A DNA stretch of 64,000 nucleotides, taken from assembly GCA_964016885.1 (NCBI GenBank), contig OZ024741.1:328352001-328416000 (forward strand), given 5' to 3'. Below the pieces are notes generated by a model, which was given only the letters and a program-made list of their open reading frames with translations, was not told the origin of the DNA and did not search any database. Shown here in pieces: positions 51,013-64,000 of the stretch; the first letter of the stretch is position 1; the number at the start of each line of letters is the position of its first letter. The translations under genes were made by a program, and so were the position numbers. The DNA comes from Eledone cirrhosa (lineage: Eukaryota).

Positions 51013-51163
51013 AACACAAATAATAGTAATATTATTGTAGTTGTTGAACATAACGTATCATTGCTGGTTGCAATATATTTTGAATCAGTTTTATTACTCT
51101 TCTGATCACCCTCTTTCTTACAGTATGTCAGTCTCTGTATCTAACTTACTTTACACTAGGTCA

Positions 51164-51238
<75 letters not shown>

Positions 51239-51428
51239 CGTTTCTGAATTTGTTTAGCAAGATTCTTTATCTGAAAACGTGTGTTGAAACCGATATTGTT
51301 ATGCTTTGGGAAGGTCATGTTTCCAATAAGAAACACATTCACCAGTGCTTTCACTCCAATTTATTATAAATTAAATTTATAAATTTGAGAATTTATAAAT
51401 TTCGGTTCGTTGGTTGGGTCCACATCCA

Positions 51429-54123
51429 GTTTTGAAATATTCACTTCTGCGTTCACAGATTGACTTTGTTAGTTTCAGAAGATCCCGTTAAGGGTGAAAG
51501 CAGCGATTCTTTGCTTACACATTAATCTGTTATTTTAATAAATATTTGCTCTACGGTTCTTATATATTTGATATATATTTATCCTTATCGAGCCCTCTTT
51601 GGATTTTAGTCTTCAAATTTATTATTATTACTATTTGGCACCCTCGGTTGAGCACTCTATTGACTAATATTCATCATGCAGAAACAACATCTGAATATTT
51701 CTACAACGAACATACCCCTACCAAGCAGGAAAACATACCTAAAACTCCTGATACAGAAAACAGACGCGTTCATTAAAAGGTTGCGTGGGCGTGCCTTTTA
51801 TTTCGATAATCAGGAAAAAGCAGACAACAAACAGGATAAATTTTGTGTTTAAAACCTATAATAACCCTCCGAGTAACCCAGCATTGCTACCCTCCGAAAA
51901 TGATGTCTTGGAACTCATACGGAGAATGATACGCTTAATTACATAAGTAAGCCTTCTAACCATCCTGCCAGCATAACCAAGAACCTGGTAAGAAACGTTT
52001 CTTTGAGGCTTTCTCGTCTATCTACTAACGAGCATATTTTCAACGACCATTCCACACATTACAATGAAGCTCTTGCTCGGAGTGGATTGTCGATAAGGTA
52101 GCATATACAGAGTACGAGAATAGACCTAGAAGAAATAGGTCCCGTCGCATTATATGGTATAACCCATCATATAATATGGAAGTGGCCACACCATTAGCTA
52201 AAATCTTTCTCTCACTTATTATGAAGCATTTCCCCCCTACATATAAATATAGTAAAGTTTTTAATAGAAATACTATTAAAATTTCTTACTCTACGACTCC
52301 TAACCTTGCACATAACATCAGAGTTTCAAATTTAGCTAAACTACCTAGCCGGAGGAACACGTGCAACCCTGTAGTTAGTGCTAACTGTAATTGTAGGAAT
52401 CGGGTTGACTGTCCCCTATCCGGGAAATGCCTCTCTAGTAACATTGTCTACAAATGTAAGGTTGAAACACCACGTCCCGTAGGGCCTACATCGGGTTAAC
52501 CGCCAATAGATTCAAGCAGCGTCTTTACATGCATACCTATTCTTTTCGTTACCCTTTAAGAAGGAATATGACGTCACTTTCAGCTTATATCTGGAGTCTA
52601 AAAGACAACCACACCCAATATAAGTTACACTGGGAGATCCTAGCTAGGGCTAGATCGTATAACGGAAATAAAAGACCATGTGACATCTGCGCCGCAGAGG
52701 CCCCGGAAATACTCTACGCTACAGACCACATCTTAAACAAAAAATCTGAGGCAATTTCGGCTTGTAAACATAAATTGCACAAAACTTTCCTGTATTACAG
52801 CCCCATATTATACCCTAACGTGTAGTACGTACTATACGCGCATATTTTACGTCTTGATGTTGGAGCTAAGTATATGTTATGTTTATACCATTAGTTTTTT
52901 GTATAGGTAAGTATATATTACCTGTATGTTTTGTGAAGGTACGTATACTTTCTCGTAACGTATATTTGATTCTATATGTTATGGCGTATATTTTATTTTT
53001 TCTGGTACATATGCTTTTGGTTATGTGTATACGTGAGTTTTGCGTCTGTGTGAGTATGCGGGTTCCTACGTATGTAGGATGTGTGTATATGTGTACTTCG
53101 TGTTTGGGTTGACGTACGTCTCCGAACATAAGTGTATTTACATGTAGGTATGTGTGCGCGCTTGTTATATAAGTATTCATTTATTTATATACGTTTATTT
53201 AATTATATGTATACACGCACACACATATATACATATATATACTTTTTTTATATATATTTTTATGTGATTTTGGTGTATACATTCGTATGCGTGCGGGTAC
53301 ATGCGTTGCGTGGGTTCTGTACGTGCGTGCGGTTTTTCTTTTGTGTACGTGCCTGTATTTGTATACCTATGGCGAGTGTTTTCGTGTATGCTTGTGTATG
53401 TACGTATATGGATGCGTGTATATATTTATTTAATTTCATTTACATCTGTATTTTATTTACTTTATTCTTAACGCTGAAGCTGTGAATCATTCGGTTTCCT
53501 AGTTAGAATTTTACTCTACGACTTCAGTTATACCATTTACGTGGTTTTGTCTTTGCGTGCAATTGTTCTCACCGGTCCACATATGACGTATTATCTTCGT
53601 TTTTTCCGTTCATTGCCAGATAACGTCTCCATGAACCACCTAATAGAACATTAGTCTACGACTTCTTTTATACCATAAACGTAGTTCTGTCTTTGCGTGT
53701 AATTGTTTTTCACCACTCCAAATAATTGTTTCTACATTATGCACAAGGCCAGCAATCAGCCAGTGCATTACTGGTACTTTATTTTATCGATCCCGTAAGG
53801 ATGAAAGGCAAAGTCAAGCTCGGCGGGATTTGAACTCAGATCGTAAAGGGACATAACTATGCTGGAAAGCATGGCGTCCGACCCTCTACCGATACTGCCA
53901 ATTTCACCGCTCCAAATAATGACGTATTATATTCGTTTTTCCCCGTTCTTTGCCAGGGAACATTTCCACGAACCAAAGTATCGTCACCCTGTCTTCCTCC
54001 GGTTGCAACGTTTTTTGAAATATTCCCTTCTGCGTTCACAGATTGAATTTGTTAGTTTCAGAAAGTTAAGGGTGAAAGCAGCGATTCTTTGCTTAAACTT
54101 TAATCTGTTATTTTAATAAATAT
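51429..54123 (+). mobile_element. Hydra-clade PLE with direct pLTRs and internal deletion of the RT core
   Basis: Direct repeats at 51429-51545 and 54013-54123. The N-terminus STTNIPLPS..YLKLLIQKTDAFIKRLR is joined (~51927) to SNHP..RIIWYNPSY..VFNRNTIKISYST..CNCRNRVDCPLSGKC..YIG..RFKQR...H..SF..LSAYIWSLK..CDIC. Confidence 0.87.
53722..53908 (-). mobile_element. SINE inserted in the PLE 3' region with TSD
   Basis: CTCCAAATAAT on both sides; interrupts a ~140 bp tandem repeat. Confidence 0.88.
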
Positions 54124-54175
54124 ATATATGAGTGAAATTATGCTTATATGTATGAGTGTGTATATATTATGAATG

Positions 54176-54290
<115 letters not shown>

Positions 54291-54522
54291 ATATTTATAT
54301 ATGGGGGTAGGGATGTTGTGTGTGTAAATATACAGACGCATAAATTTCAATAGCAAACCACAATCTTACACAGATGTCTCTTCGTATATCAATACATGTT
54401 TCAGGTGTAATATACTTGTGTGTTACTGTAAATATACACTAATACACGCACATTCACATGTACACAGATTATACATGTATATATCTCTCTCATATATATA
54501 TATATAATGCATATATATATCC

Positions 54523-54592
<70 letters not shown>

Positions 54593-54657
54593 GTACACAC
54601 ATATATATATACATACATATATATGTATATATATATAATATATATATAGATATATAT

Positions 54658-54723
<66 letters not shown>

Positions 54724-55217
54724 GTGTCTCTGTGCGTTTCCATGAACACGTAGGCTTATTATGCAATGAGCAATACCAAATGTAACGAAAGTGTGTTCTT
54801 TTTTCCTTTTCCATTCATAATTATATGCCTGTATATCCTGTATAGTTTATCATATTCGTGATTCAAGCTATTTATTTACACATCTTCTACAGATAGCATG
54901 ACAAAAAAAAAGAGACGTAAACATTTTTTTAGATAAAATACAAACAACAAAAATACACCGTTAAGCCATCAAAAATGAACCTGCCAGCAGGTAACAACAG
55001 TAAGCTATGAAAGCTAATAACCCCCACGAACAGCTTTAGCCTTAAGCAGATTTAAACAGAATTACGTTTTCCTTTATTATTATCCGAATCTCTACTCAGC
55101 AATTTACGTTAAATTTTCCCAGTAAACTTTTATATTTTTCTGTTTCCTCCCTCACCATTTTCTTTGTGATTTGTGAGGCTTCCATATATTTTGACAACTG
55201 AAGGAATAAATTCATTA

Positions 55218-55273
<56 letters not shown>

Positions 55274-55869
55274 GGATGTTTGTTCAATTTATATTTATGA
55301 TTTACAGCCAACCAGTAATATTGACAAGGCAGTTGCAGATATATGTGCGTGTGTCTGTGTGTATGTTTGTGTTTATGTATGTGTGTTTGTGTGCGTGTAT
55401 GTGTGTGCATGTGTATATATTGGCAGTATATATATATATATATGTGTGTGTGTATGTGTGTGTGTGTGTGTTTGTTTGTGTGTGTACGATAACCTTTTAT
55501 TCTTATAGTAGCTTTCTAAGATACCTTAACAACGTTAGAAGGAAAAAGCTGTCAGTAGAAGTTCATAGGCTGCTAGATCTTCTCGAACCGAACTCAACAG
55601 AATTTCCATTTCTATACCTTAGCTTCCACATATTAGATAGTTTAGAATACATTCACATATTTCACATGAAATATTTTTCCGTTTTCTTCCCCTTTAAATG
55701 TCCTCTATCTCTCTCTCTCTCTCTCTCTCTCACTGTAACTTTAACATTTTCAGGTGATGGTTCAACCTCCGATACTTTGAGGCTTTCTTTTTATTTCTGT
55801 TAACTTTTTTCTTTTTCTTTTTCCTTTTCCTTTTCCAGTCAGCATTATCATAATGAGACATTAATATAT

Positions 55870-55978
55870 CAAATCCCGCTGAGGTTAACTTTGCCTTTCA
55901 TCCTTCCGGTTCGATAGAATAAAGTACCAGTAATGCATTGGGTAATTGCTGGCCTTGTGCCAAAAGTAGAAACAATTA
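55870..55978 (+). mobile_element. 5'-truncated SINE
   Basis: Central domain and tail match. Confidence 0.85.
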
Positions 55979-56049
55979 TCATAATGAGACATTGTTTAAT
56001 TGTTCACAGTATTTGTCTTACATTTAACCGTGACCCGTACAACAATATA

Positions 56050-56081
<32 letters not shown>

Positions 56082-56084
56082 ATT

Positions 56085-56164
<80 letters not shown>

Positions 56165-56175
56165 TTGTTTGTGTG

Positions 56176-56521
56176 CATAACACTCCCTGAAACATGTAAT
56201 ACACATGTAAAGTTTGAAAAAAATTGGTTGGGTACTTCTCGAGTTCTAGAGATTCAAACTCACAAACACACACAGACATCCTCAGGTAAGTGACGTAATG
56301 CAGACAGCCAGACATACAAACATATATTATAAGGGCGCGACGTTATACGTATGTATCTATCTAAAAAAAGAAAGACTAAGAATTATAGAGAGAGATCGCT
56401 AAATCGCCTAATGGGGTCCCTCGGGCATTGAACATTTGAAATATTTTTAGCTCAGAACACTCCCTGAAACATAAGTATTACATGTAGGGATTCAAACTCA
56501 CACACAGACAGACATCCTCAG

Positions 56522-56525
<4 letters not shown>
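56176..56525 (-). mobile_element. Two related fragments resembling non-autonomous Helitron 5' regions
   Basis: AACACTCCCTGAAACAT...GATTCAAACTCACA...CAGACATCCTCAG occurs twice; the second runs into (TA)n as 17400-17426 does. Confidence 0.4.
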
Positions 56526-56572
<47 letters not shown>

Positions 56573-57249
56573 CATATAGACATATACGTGTGCGTTTATT
56601 TGTAAAAGCACGCATTCTATGCAAATAAACATTTCAATTTCTCCAGCAATTCTTATTTCAAATCTAAACTAACATTTTCTACTTCCCAAGCAGATAATTA
56701 TTCTACAATTGATGGCCATGTATTAAATGGATTCACAGAGAAACCAGGTTTTCAACCATACACTCTAACTCACAATTCGAGTCTATCTCAATCGATGTAT
56801 CCATGTCGCTCAGCTGTAGAATCGAATGCAGAACAGCATGGCGCAATGCGAGAGAATTAGCTACATAGCAATGTCAGTGAACACCATTCCTTGAATCTTT
56901 AACTCCTGAGAGATTCATAGGAAGACCTTTATGAAGTAAGCCGATATTTAAACCTAACAGAACACAGCCCTCCGCCGGTTGGAGAAAAAGAAATGAAGAT
57001 ATCAAAAGAGAGAGTAAATGAGAAAAAGATATAGAGAAAGAATTTGCGATTTATTTACCAGCCATGAAAATATGAAAGGCAAAGCTGACAATATTTGAAT
57101 TCAACCTTGAACTGGGACCAGTACTGGAAAATACTGTATCCGACTGGCAATTTGCGGCATTGAGCACAATATTACATGGAAAGAATTTGTTGCATTTAAC
57201 TCCGTTTAAACAGCAGCTGGAGTGCCCAAATTGAGATAATCGTTAAAAC

Positions 57250-57370
57250 GTGCATTGCGGAGTTTGTTTCAGGTCTCTGTTCTCTGATTTCAAATCCCAA
57301 CGAGGTCAACTTTGCCTTTTATCCATTCGAGATCGGTAGCAAAGTACCAGTCTAGTAATGGGATCGATTC
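57250..57370 (+). mobile_element. Diverged SINE
   Basis: TTCAAATCCCAACGAGGTCAACTTTGCCTTTTATCC...AAAGTACCAG. Confidence 0.7.
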
Positions 57371-58134
57371 ATCTTCTATATCTTTTTCTCACTTCCATTC
57401 TTCCACTTTCTCTATCCTTCTCTGTTAGGAATATACTGCATTCAGACCTGACTCCGCCATGTTTTAAAATGACCTAAAAACGCCGTATATCAATATGGCG
57501 CCCATATAACACGATCGTGAGCTACTGTACCATGCCATACATGCAAGCATCAGGTCGAGTAAACGAAGAAACATCTACGAGTTCGCTATATTTGCGAGAA
57601 ATAACAAATTGTCACACACTTTAAAGAGCAAATGACACGTTGCTGGATTATCAGTCCGCCACTGATGGAATGCCTTGCGGTATTTGTTTCGGCGCTATGT
57701 GTTGTGAGTTCAAATTCCCATGAGATCAATTAATGTACGCTATTACTATCTATTTTCCTAATGAAAATCCTGTCTAAATGACCCTATGCGGTTAATCCAG
57801 ATCCTCACTGGTGCATTATGAAAATCTACTCGGTACCTGTCAGAAAGTTGAAACTGGCCCATCAGATATTTGAGGCTTTTGCACCCCATCCACTCACCCC
57901 CACTCCTGTCAGCTACTCCCACGCTGTCCCAGCGTGCATCCAAAATGCCGTTCCACTCCCCGCTAACACTAATCCTAAAAGGCTTCCATGCACCTACAGA
58001 AGTGACACGTATCCTAAAAGGCTTCCATGCACCTACAGAAGTCCGGCTGTCTGGCCCTGTTACGGATGTAACAGGCACTAGTCTAAAGGCACCACCTTTG
58101 TTATTTCTTACGTCCGGGACCACCAAATTAACGT

Positions 58135-58337
58135 CCGGGTGCCGGATGATCGACCTTACCTTGAGATCCAGATCCTGCTACCTCACCTCATATTCCCGGC
58201 CGACTAACAGATGCGAAGATCTGATAGTCGTCGAAAATGGGGGCTAATGTGCGCGTGGCGGAAATCTTGGTCTCGCTGACGGCAATCACATCCATCTCGA
58301 GAAACCTGAGGTCGTTGAGCAGTCGACCCTGCATCCT
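58135..58337 (-). pseudogene. AP-endonuclease N-terminal fragment of an L1/Tx1-like LINE
   Basis: MQGRLLNDLRFLEMDVIAVSETK..IFDDYQIFAS..G..GEVA..IIRHPD. Confidence 0.6.
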
Positions 58338-58489
58338 ACTCTTAATATGGCCATGTTGGTAGGCTAAAAGAGAGAGGAAAGGTTAACTTACTTCCTGCGG
58401 TTTTGTGGAAGTGGGGTGGTTCGACCTCCATAGTTGGGCACCCCTTTAAAAGACTCAATGTGCATCTCACGTTGGGGGTTCCCACGTCT

Positions 58490-58660
58490 CGAGGAAAGTA
58501 ACGGGTATAGTTACCATCCAAGTTATTTGTCAATACAGATATCAGGGTCCATGACTCTGAGCTGAAGCTGACAACAGATCTCGTGTCTGTGTATAAATTG
58601 TAAAGCAAATTATTTCTGATGATTATGGATCTACGGTCTGTTCTGAAGATAAGCATTTAG
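58490..58660 (-). pseudogene. LINE RT C-terminal fragment (RTE/RTEX-like)
   Basis: SVVSFSSESWTLISVLTNNLDGNYTR resembles the LLYGSESWTL....LDG.YTR motif. Confidence 0.55.
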
Positions 58661-59438
58661 TTTTACGAACATTAGAATGCAGTACCAACGAATTATAGTG
58701 CAAATTGTTGAATATTCCACAAACACATTTATCTAAGAATAACCCACCATGAAATAGCCAGTGTTATTAACAACTAAACTAAGACTACCGTATGTTAGAA
58801 ATGAAGGCTGCTTGTCTCCAGAACAAGAGCAACATCACATCCATATCAAATACAGCATAAAAACGCCAAGAATAACAGCACCAGATTAGTTATTCTAGAC
58901 AGGCGGTCCAGCAACTTGAGAAGCGTTCCTATTATATTAGTACTATTATCATTTAAAAGCTAAAACCTCGTTTAAAATAAGCATATTTATTTAAGTGTAG
59001 ATTTAACGAATCCTTATTTATGATAGCTCAAGATGAATTGCAAATCTACAAACTCTAAAAATTAATCCATTAAGAATACAATTTACAATAAGTAATAAAA
59101 CGAAAGAAAAATTATAAGAAGAAAAAATATTTTTTCTGTGCATGCGTGTATGCGTGTGTGCGCATATGTTTGTGTCTGTCTTGGAGTTTATGTCTCCTAA
59201 TATATTAACAAAAATAAAAATTAATTATAAATAATTTCATGAGAGTTTAATTGCAATGATTTAAAATGTTCAAAATAATTATGGCAGACTGGTGGTTGTT
59301 GATTATATTACATTTGTGTTTTGACGAAATATGATTTATATCTAATTATTTTCTTATATTAACTCAATGAAAATTAATATTTAAGATATACTAAAAAATA
59401 TTTCATACTTGCTAAAAGAAATTGTCTGTAGAAATTCC

Positions 59439-60540
<1,102 letters not shown>

Positions 60541-60593
60541 ATAACTATAAAAGGTTTTAGTATATACATAACCATAAATAGTATCCTTAATAC

Positions 60594-60625
<32 letters not shown>

Positions 60626-60664
60626 AACATAATTATATATATGTGTATGTGTGTGTATATGTGT

Positions 60665-61203
60665 ATTAGAAATAGAAATCTTTCGCTGTATTTCTTTTAC
60701 TAAAGAAATGTTAGCGTGATAGTGGGGTTTAGAACTCCTCTACGAAATGGAAAAAATATGAGTATTGTCGTAAATGGGAGTCGAAAACGTATCTTTGGTT
60801 AACCAGACCACTGTGCTACCATTACGCCAACACATCAACCATTTCCTTCTACATTCTTAACAAGTATAATAAAGCTACATTCTTAGCAAATATAATAAGG
60901 CTACATTCTTAGCAAGTATAATGAGAAGTAAGTATGCTTTGAAACAGCGAGCGAGTTTGAAATTAGAAATAGAAGCGTTTGCCATATTTTTTTACTAAAG
61001 AAATGTTTGCCTGATAGTGGGGTTTAGAACCCTCTAAGAAATGGAAATAGATGAATATTGCCGTACATGGGAATTGAACCCGCATCTAAAGAAAAGTAAG
61101 CATGCTTTGAAACAGCGAACAAGTTTGAAATTAGAAATAGAAGCTTTCGCTAATATTTCTAATTTCAAGCTTTTTTGACTAAAAAAAAGTTAGCCTGATA
61201 GTG
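60665..61203 (-). repeat. Three partial tandem copies of a tRNA-headed repeat
   Basis: TTAGAAATAGAA...TACTAAAGAAATGTT..CTGATAGTG three times; minus strand TGGCGTAATGGTAGCAC...TTCGACTCCC has A/B-box character. Confidence 0.55.
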
Positions 61204-61584
61204 TAAACAAAATTTCATACAAGTAACATGCACGTGCTACCAATGGTTTCGGGATCCAGGCATGGCCACTTCTATATAAAGAGGAAGGCACTTTTTAAAT
61301 TGGCACTTCATTCAGGCAGGTGGACAAAAATAGGAAAAAGGGAAGTTGATGTTTCTAGTCCGAATCTCACTCGTAATAGTAGAGAGCTGTATTCGACCTA
61401 GGGGATGTAATCATGTGTTGAAATTTGTTTGTATACGTATTTATTAAATTTTCGTGGATAAAGGGAGATAACACGGAGTTTGTCAGGTAGAAACGCTTTG
61501 TTGTGTAAAGTGGAAGAGATTGTACGGAGACTGAGATGGAATGCCCTGTTTTTCGATAGAGAGCTGCAGCAACCACCACTTAAA

Positions 61585-61965
61585 AATGAAACATCAAATC
61601 TCCCAAGTACCCGGCCAATGTTAATGACCTAGTAGACATCGAAGCAGGCCTCTTAGAGTTAATAGTTAGCATAACATTTCATAAGTACATCAATTCCATT
61701 CGAAATATGCTCTTAAATTATAATTAATGAAGAAGTTCAGATCGTCAAATAACGTATTTGTTTTCTCTGACAAAAGTAAGATAAATATAATCAGCTTATA
61801 CTAAACAATATAACTAGCAAATACCAGAAAGCCAAACGTGACACGTATAACTGTATTAACAACGAGGCAAAAGAATTAGGTAAGAATTTTAAAATAGATA
61901 ATATACTAGAAAGATGAGCAAACGTGATACCTTTATTACTCTACGGATCATAAAATGGACTTTAC
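61585..61965 (+). pseudogene. Hydra-type PLE RT N-terminal fragment
   Basis: DLVDIEAGLLELIVSITF..VFVFSDKS..YNQLILNNITSKYQKA..INNEAKEL..FITL.DHK. Confidence 0.72.
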
Positions 61966-62174
61966 GATCAGATAATCAGACAGAATGAATAATTTTATAA
62001 TTGTTGCAATAAGGGGATTTAAATTTTGTCAAATATTACCGATTTCGATTGGTGTATCAATCTTATCAAATATTAAATATTTAAAATGTTTGTTCATATA
62101 TTATGTGAGCAATTTCAATATATGTTGATTTGCTGTCCAAATTTTTTCATATATATATATATATATATATAAAT

Positions 62175-63165
62175 TTTCGCTCTACATGGCTGAATACAAT
62201 ATAGCAGACTGGCTGATCAGTCAGAACAGCATATTAGGAGATCCACTGATCAGCCAGTTTTGCATATCAGCAGAATGGCCAGTCAGTTTCCTGTATACGA
62301 GCGATAAATGGCCGCTTTGCCATTAGAAAAAAAAAAATGTTTCGCTCTACATGGCTGAATACAATAAATGTAATCTGAGTTTTTCGAATATTAATAATAA
62401 CATTCGATTCGTTTGCAATTATTCAAACAAGCCTTATTTTTAAAGCCATGTCAGTAGAATGAACTCTTTATTCTTGCTCTTGTGTTGGCATGTGAAGAGA
62501 TCTGCAGACACTAATGCTTCTGGGTATCACCCTTCATCAGTACAGCTCACTCTTTCCCTGCCAACTGTCAGAGCTAGTGAAATTAAATGCTATTTTCTAA
62601 AATATACAGTGACTGATCGGCCTGATTTGCATATTAGCAGACTGGCTGATCAATCAGATCTGCATATTAGTAGATCCACTATACAGGCAGATTTGCATAT
62701 CAGCAGACTGGCCAGTCAGTTTCCTGTATACGAACGATAAATGGCCGGCTTTGCCACATTCAAATAAAAAAAAACATTTTCGCTCTACATGGCTGAATAC
62801 AATAAATGTAATCTGAGTTTTTCGAATATAACATGCCAACATGCCAACACAAGAACAAGAATTAAGGGTTCATTTTACTGACATGGCGTTAAAAATGTGG
62901 CTTGTTTGCATAATTGCAAACGAATCGAATGTTATTATTAATATTCGAAAATAGGCGGTGGATTGGCAGATCGGTAGAGGATCTGACGCCATGCTTTGCA
63001 GCAAAGAGCCCTTTATAGTCTGAGTTCAAATCCCGCCGAGGTTAACTTTGCCTTTCATCCCTACGGGGTCGTTGAAATAAAGTACAGTAATACACTGGGA
63101 TAATTACTGGCCTTGTGCCAAAAGTAGAAACAATTATTAATATTCGAAAAACTCAGATTAGATTT
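62175..63165 (-). mobile_element. Tandem ~438 bp HHR-bearing units plus an inverted segment (retrozyme/pLTR-like)
   Basis: TAATCTGAGTTTTTCGAATA at 62371 and 62809; HHR at 62502-62545 (GAAA to GAAG); 62832-63165 is an inverted copy of ~62370-62492 interrupted by a SINE. Confidence 0.78.
62954..63137 (+). mobile_element. Full-length SINE with ~17-bp TSD
   Basis: TTATTAATATTCGAAAA on both sides. Confidence 0.92.
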
Positions 63166-63409
63166 ATTATATATATATACAAATATTGAATCAAAACATA
63201 TCAAATATGTTTAGAATTCTGTGTTTCATAAGCAGGTATGAAATAGCGCTATACGGTTTCTCTTATGAGTGTACATATTCTTCTATAGAATATGTATGTG
63301 GTAAATATACAATATACTCTGTTTTTTATTCGATATATGACTCTTTCTCTATATATATACACATATATCTTTTTCATTAGGTTATATATATATATATATA
63401 TACATACAT

Positions 63410-64000
<591 letters not shown>

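Noticed and set aside
60765-60830. tRNA gene on the minus strand
   Set aside because: A/B-box-like sequence is present, but the cloverleaf and T-loop are degenerate and it sits in a tandemly repeated unit; treated as a SINE or pseudogene.

Overview
Very AT-rich, microsatellite-laden eukaryotic DNA with no convincing host gene. The dominant tRNA-derived SINE (core GTTAACTTTGCCTTTCATCCTTACGGGGTCGATAAAATAAAGTACCAG) points to an octopod cephalopod; this is an inference. Nearly all interpretable sequence is mobile DNA. (1) A ~13 kb head-to-tail A-B-A-B array of two R4/Dong non-LTR retrotransposon families sits in (TAA)n, with two open RT-RLE ORFs of 1008 and 1130 aa. (2) There are at least six Penelope-like element (PLE) copies or fragments (Hydra-type CxCx5Cx5C + GIY-YIG, plus one Naiad-like), mostly with inverted 5' ends or pLTRs. 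(3) About a dozen minimal type I hammerhead ribozyme (HHR) motifs from several unrelated families are present, including non-coding retrozyme-like units; one unit begins exactly at its predicted cleavage site. (4) A decayed autonomous Helitron (RepHel) and several non-autonomous Helitrons are present. (5) A frameshifted CRE-clade retrotransposon, about 10 SINEs and a (TA)n-embedded fold-back hairpin family complete the picture. All motif and structure calls were made by eye. Coordinates of degenerate elements are approximate.
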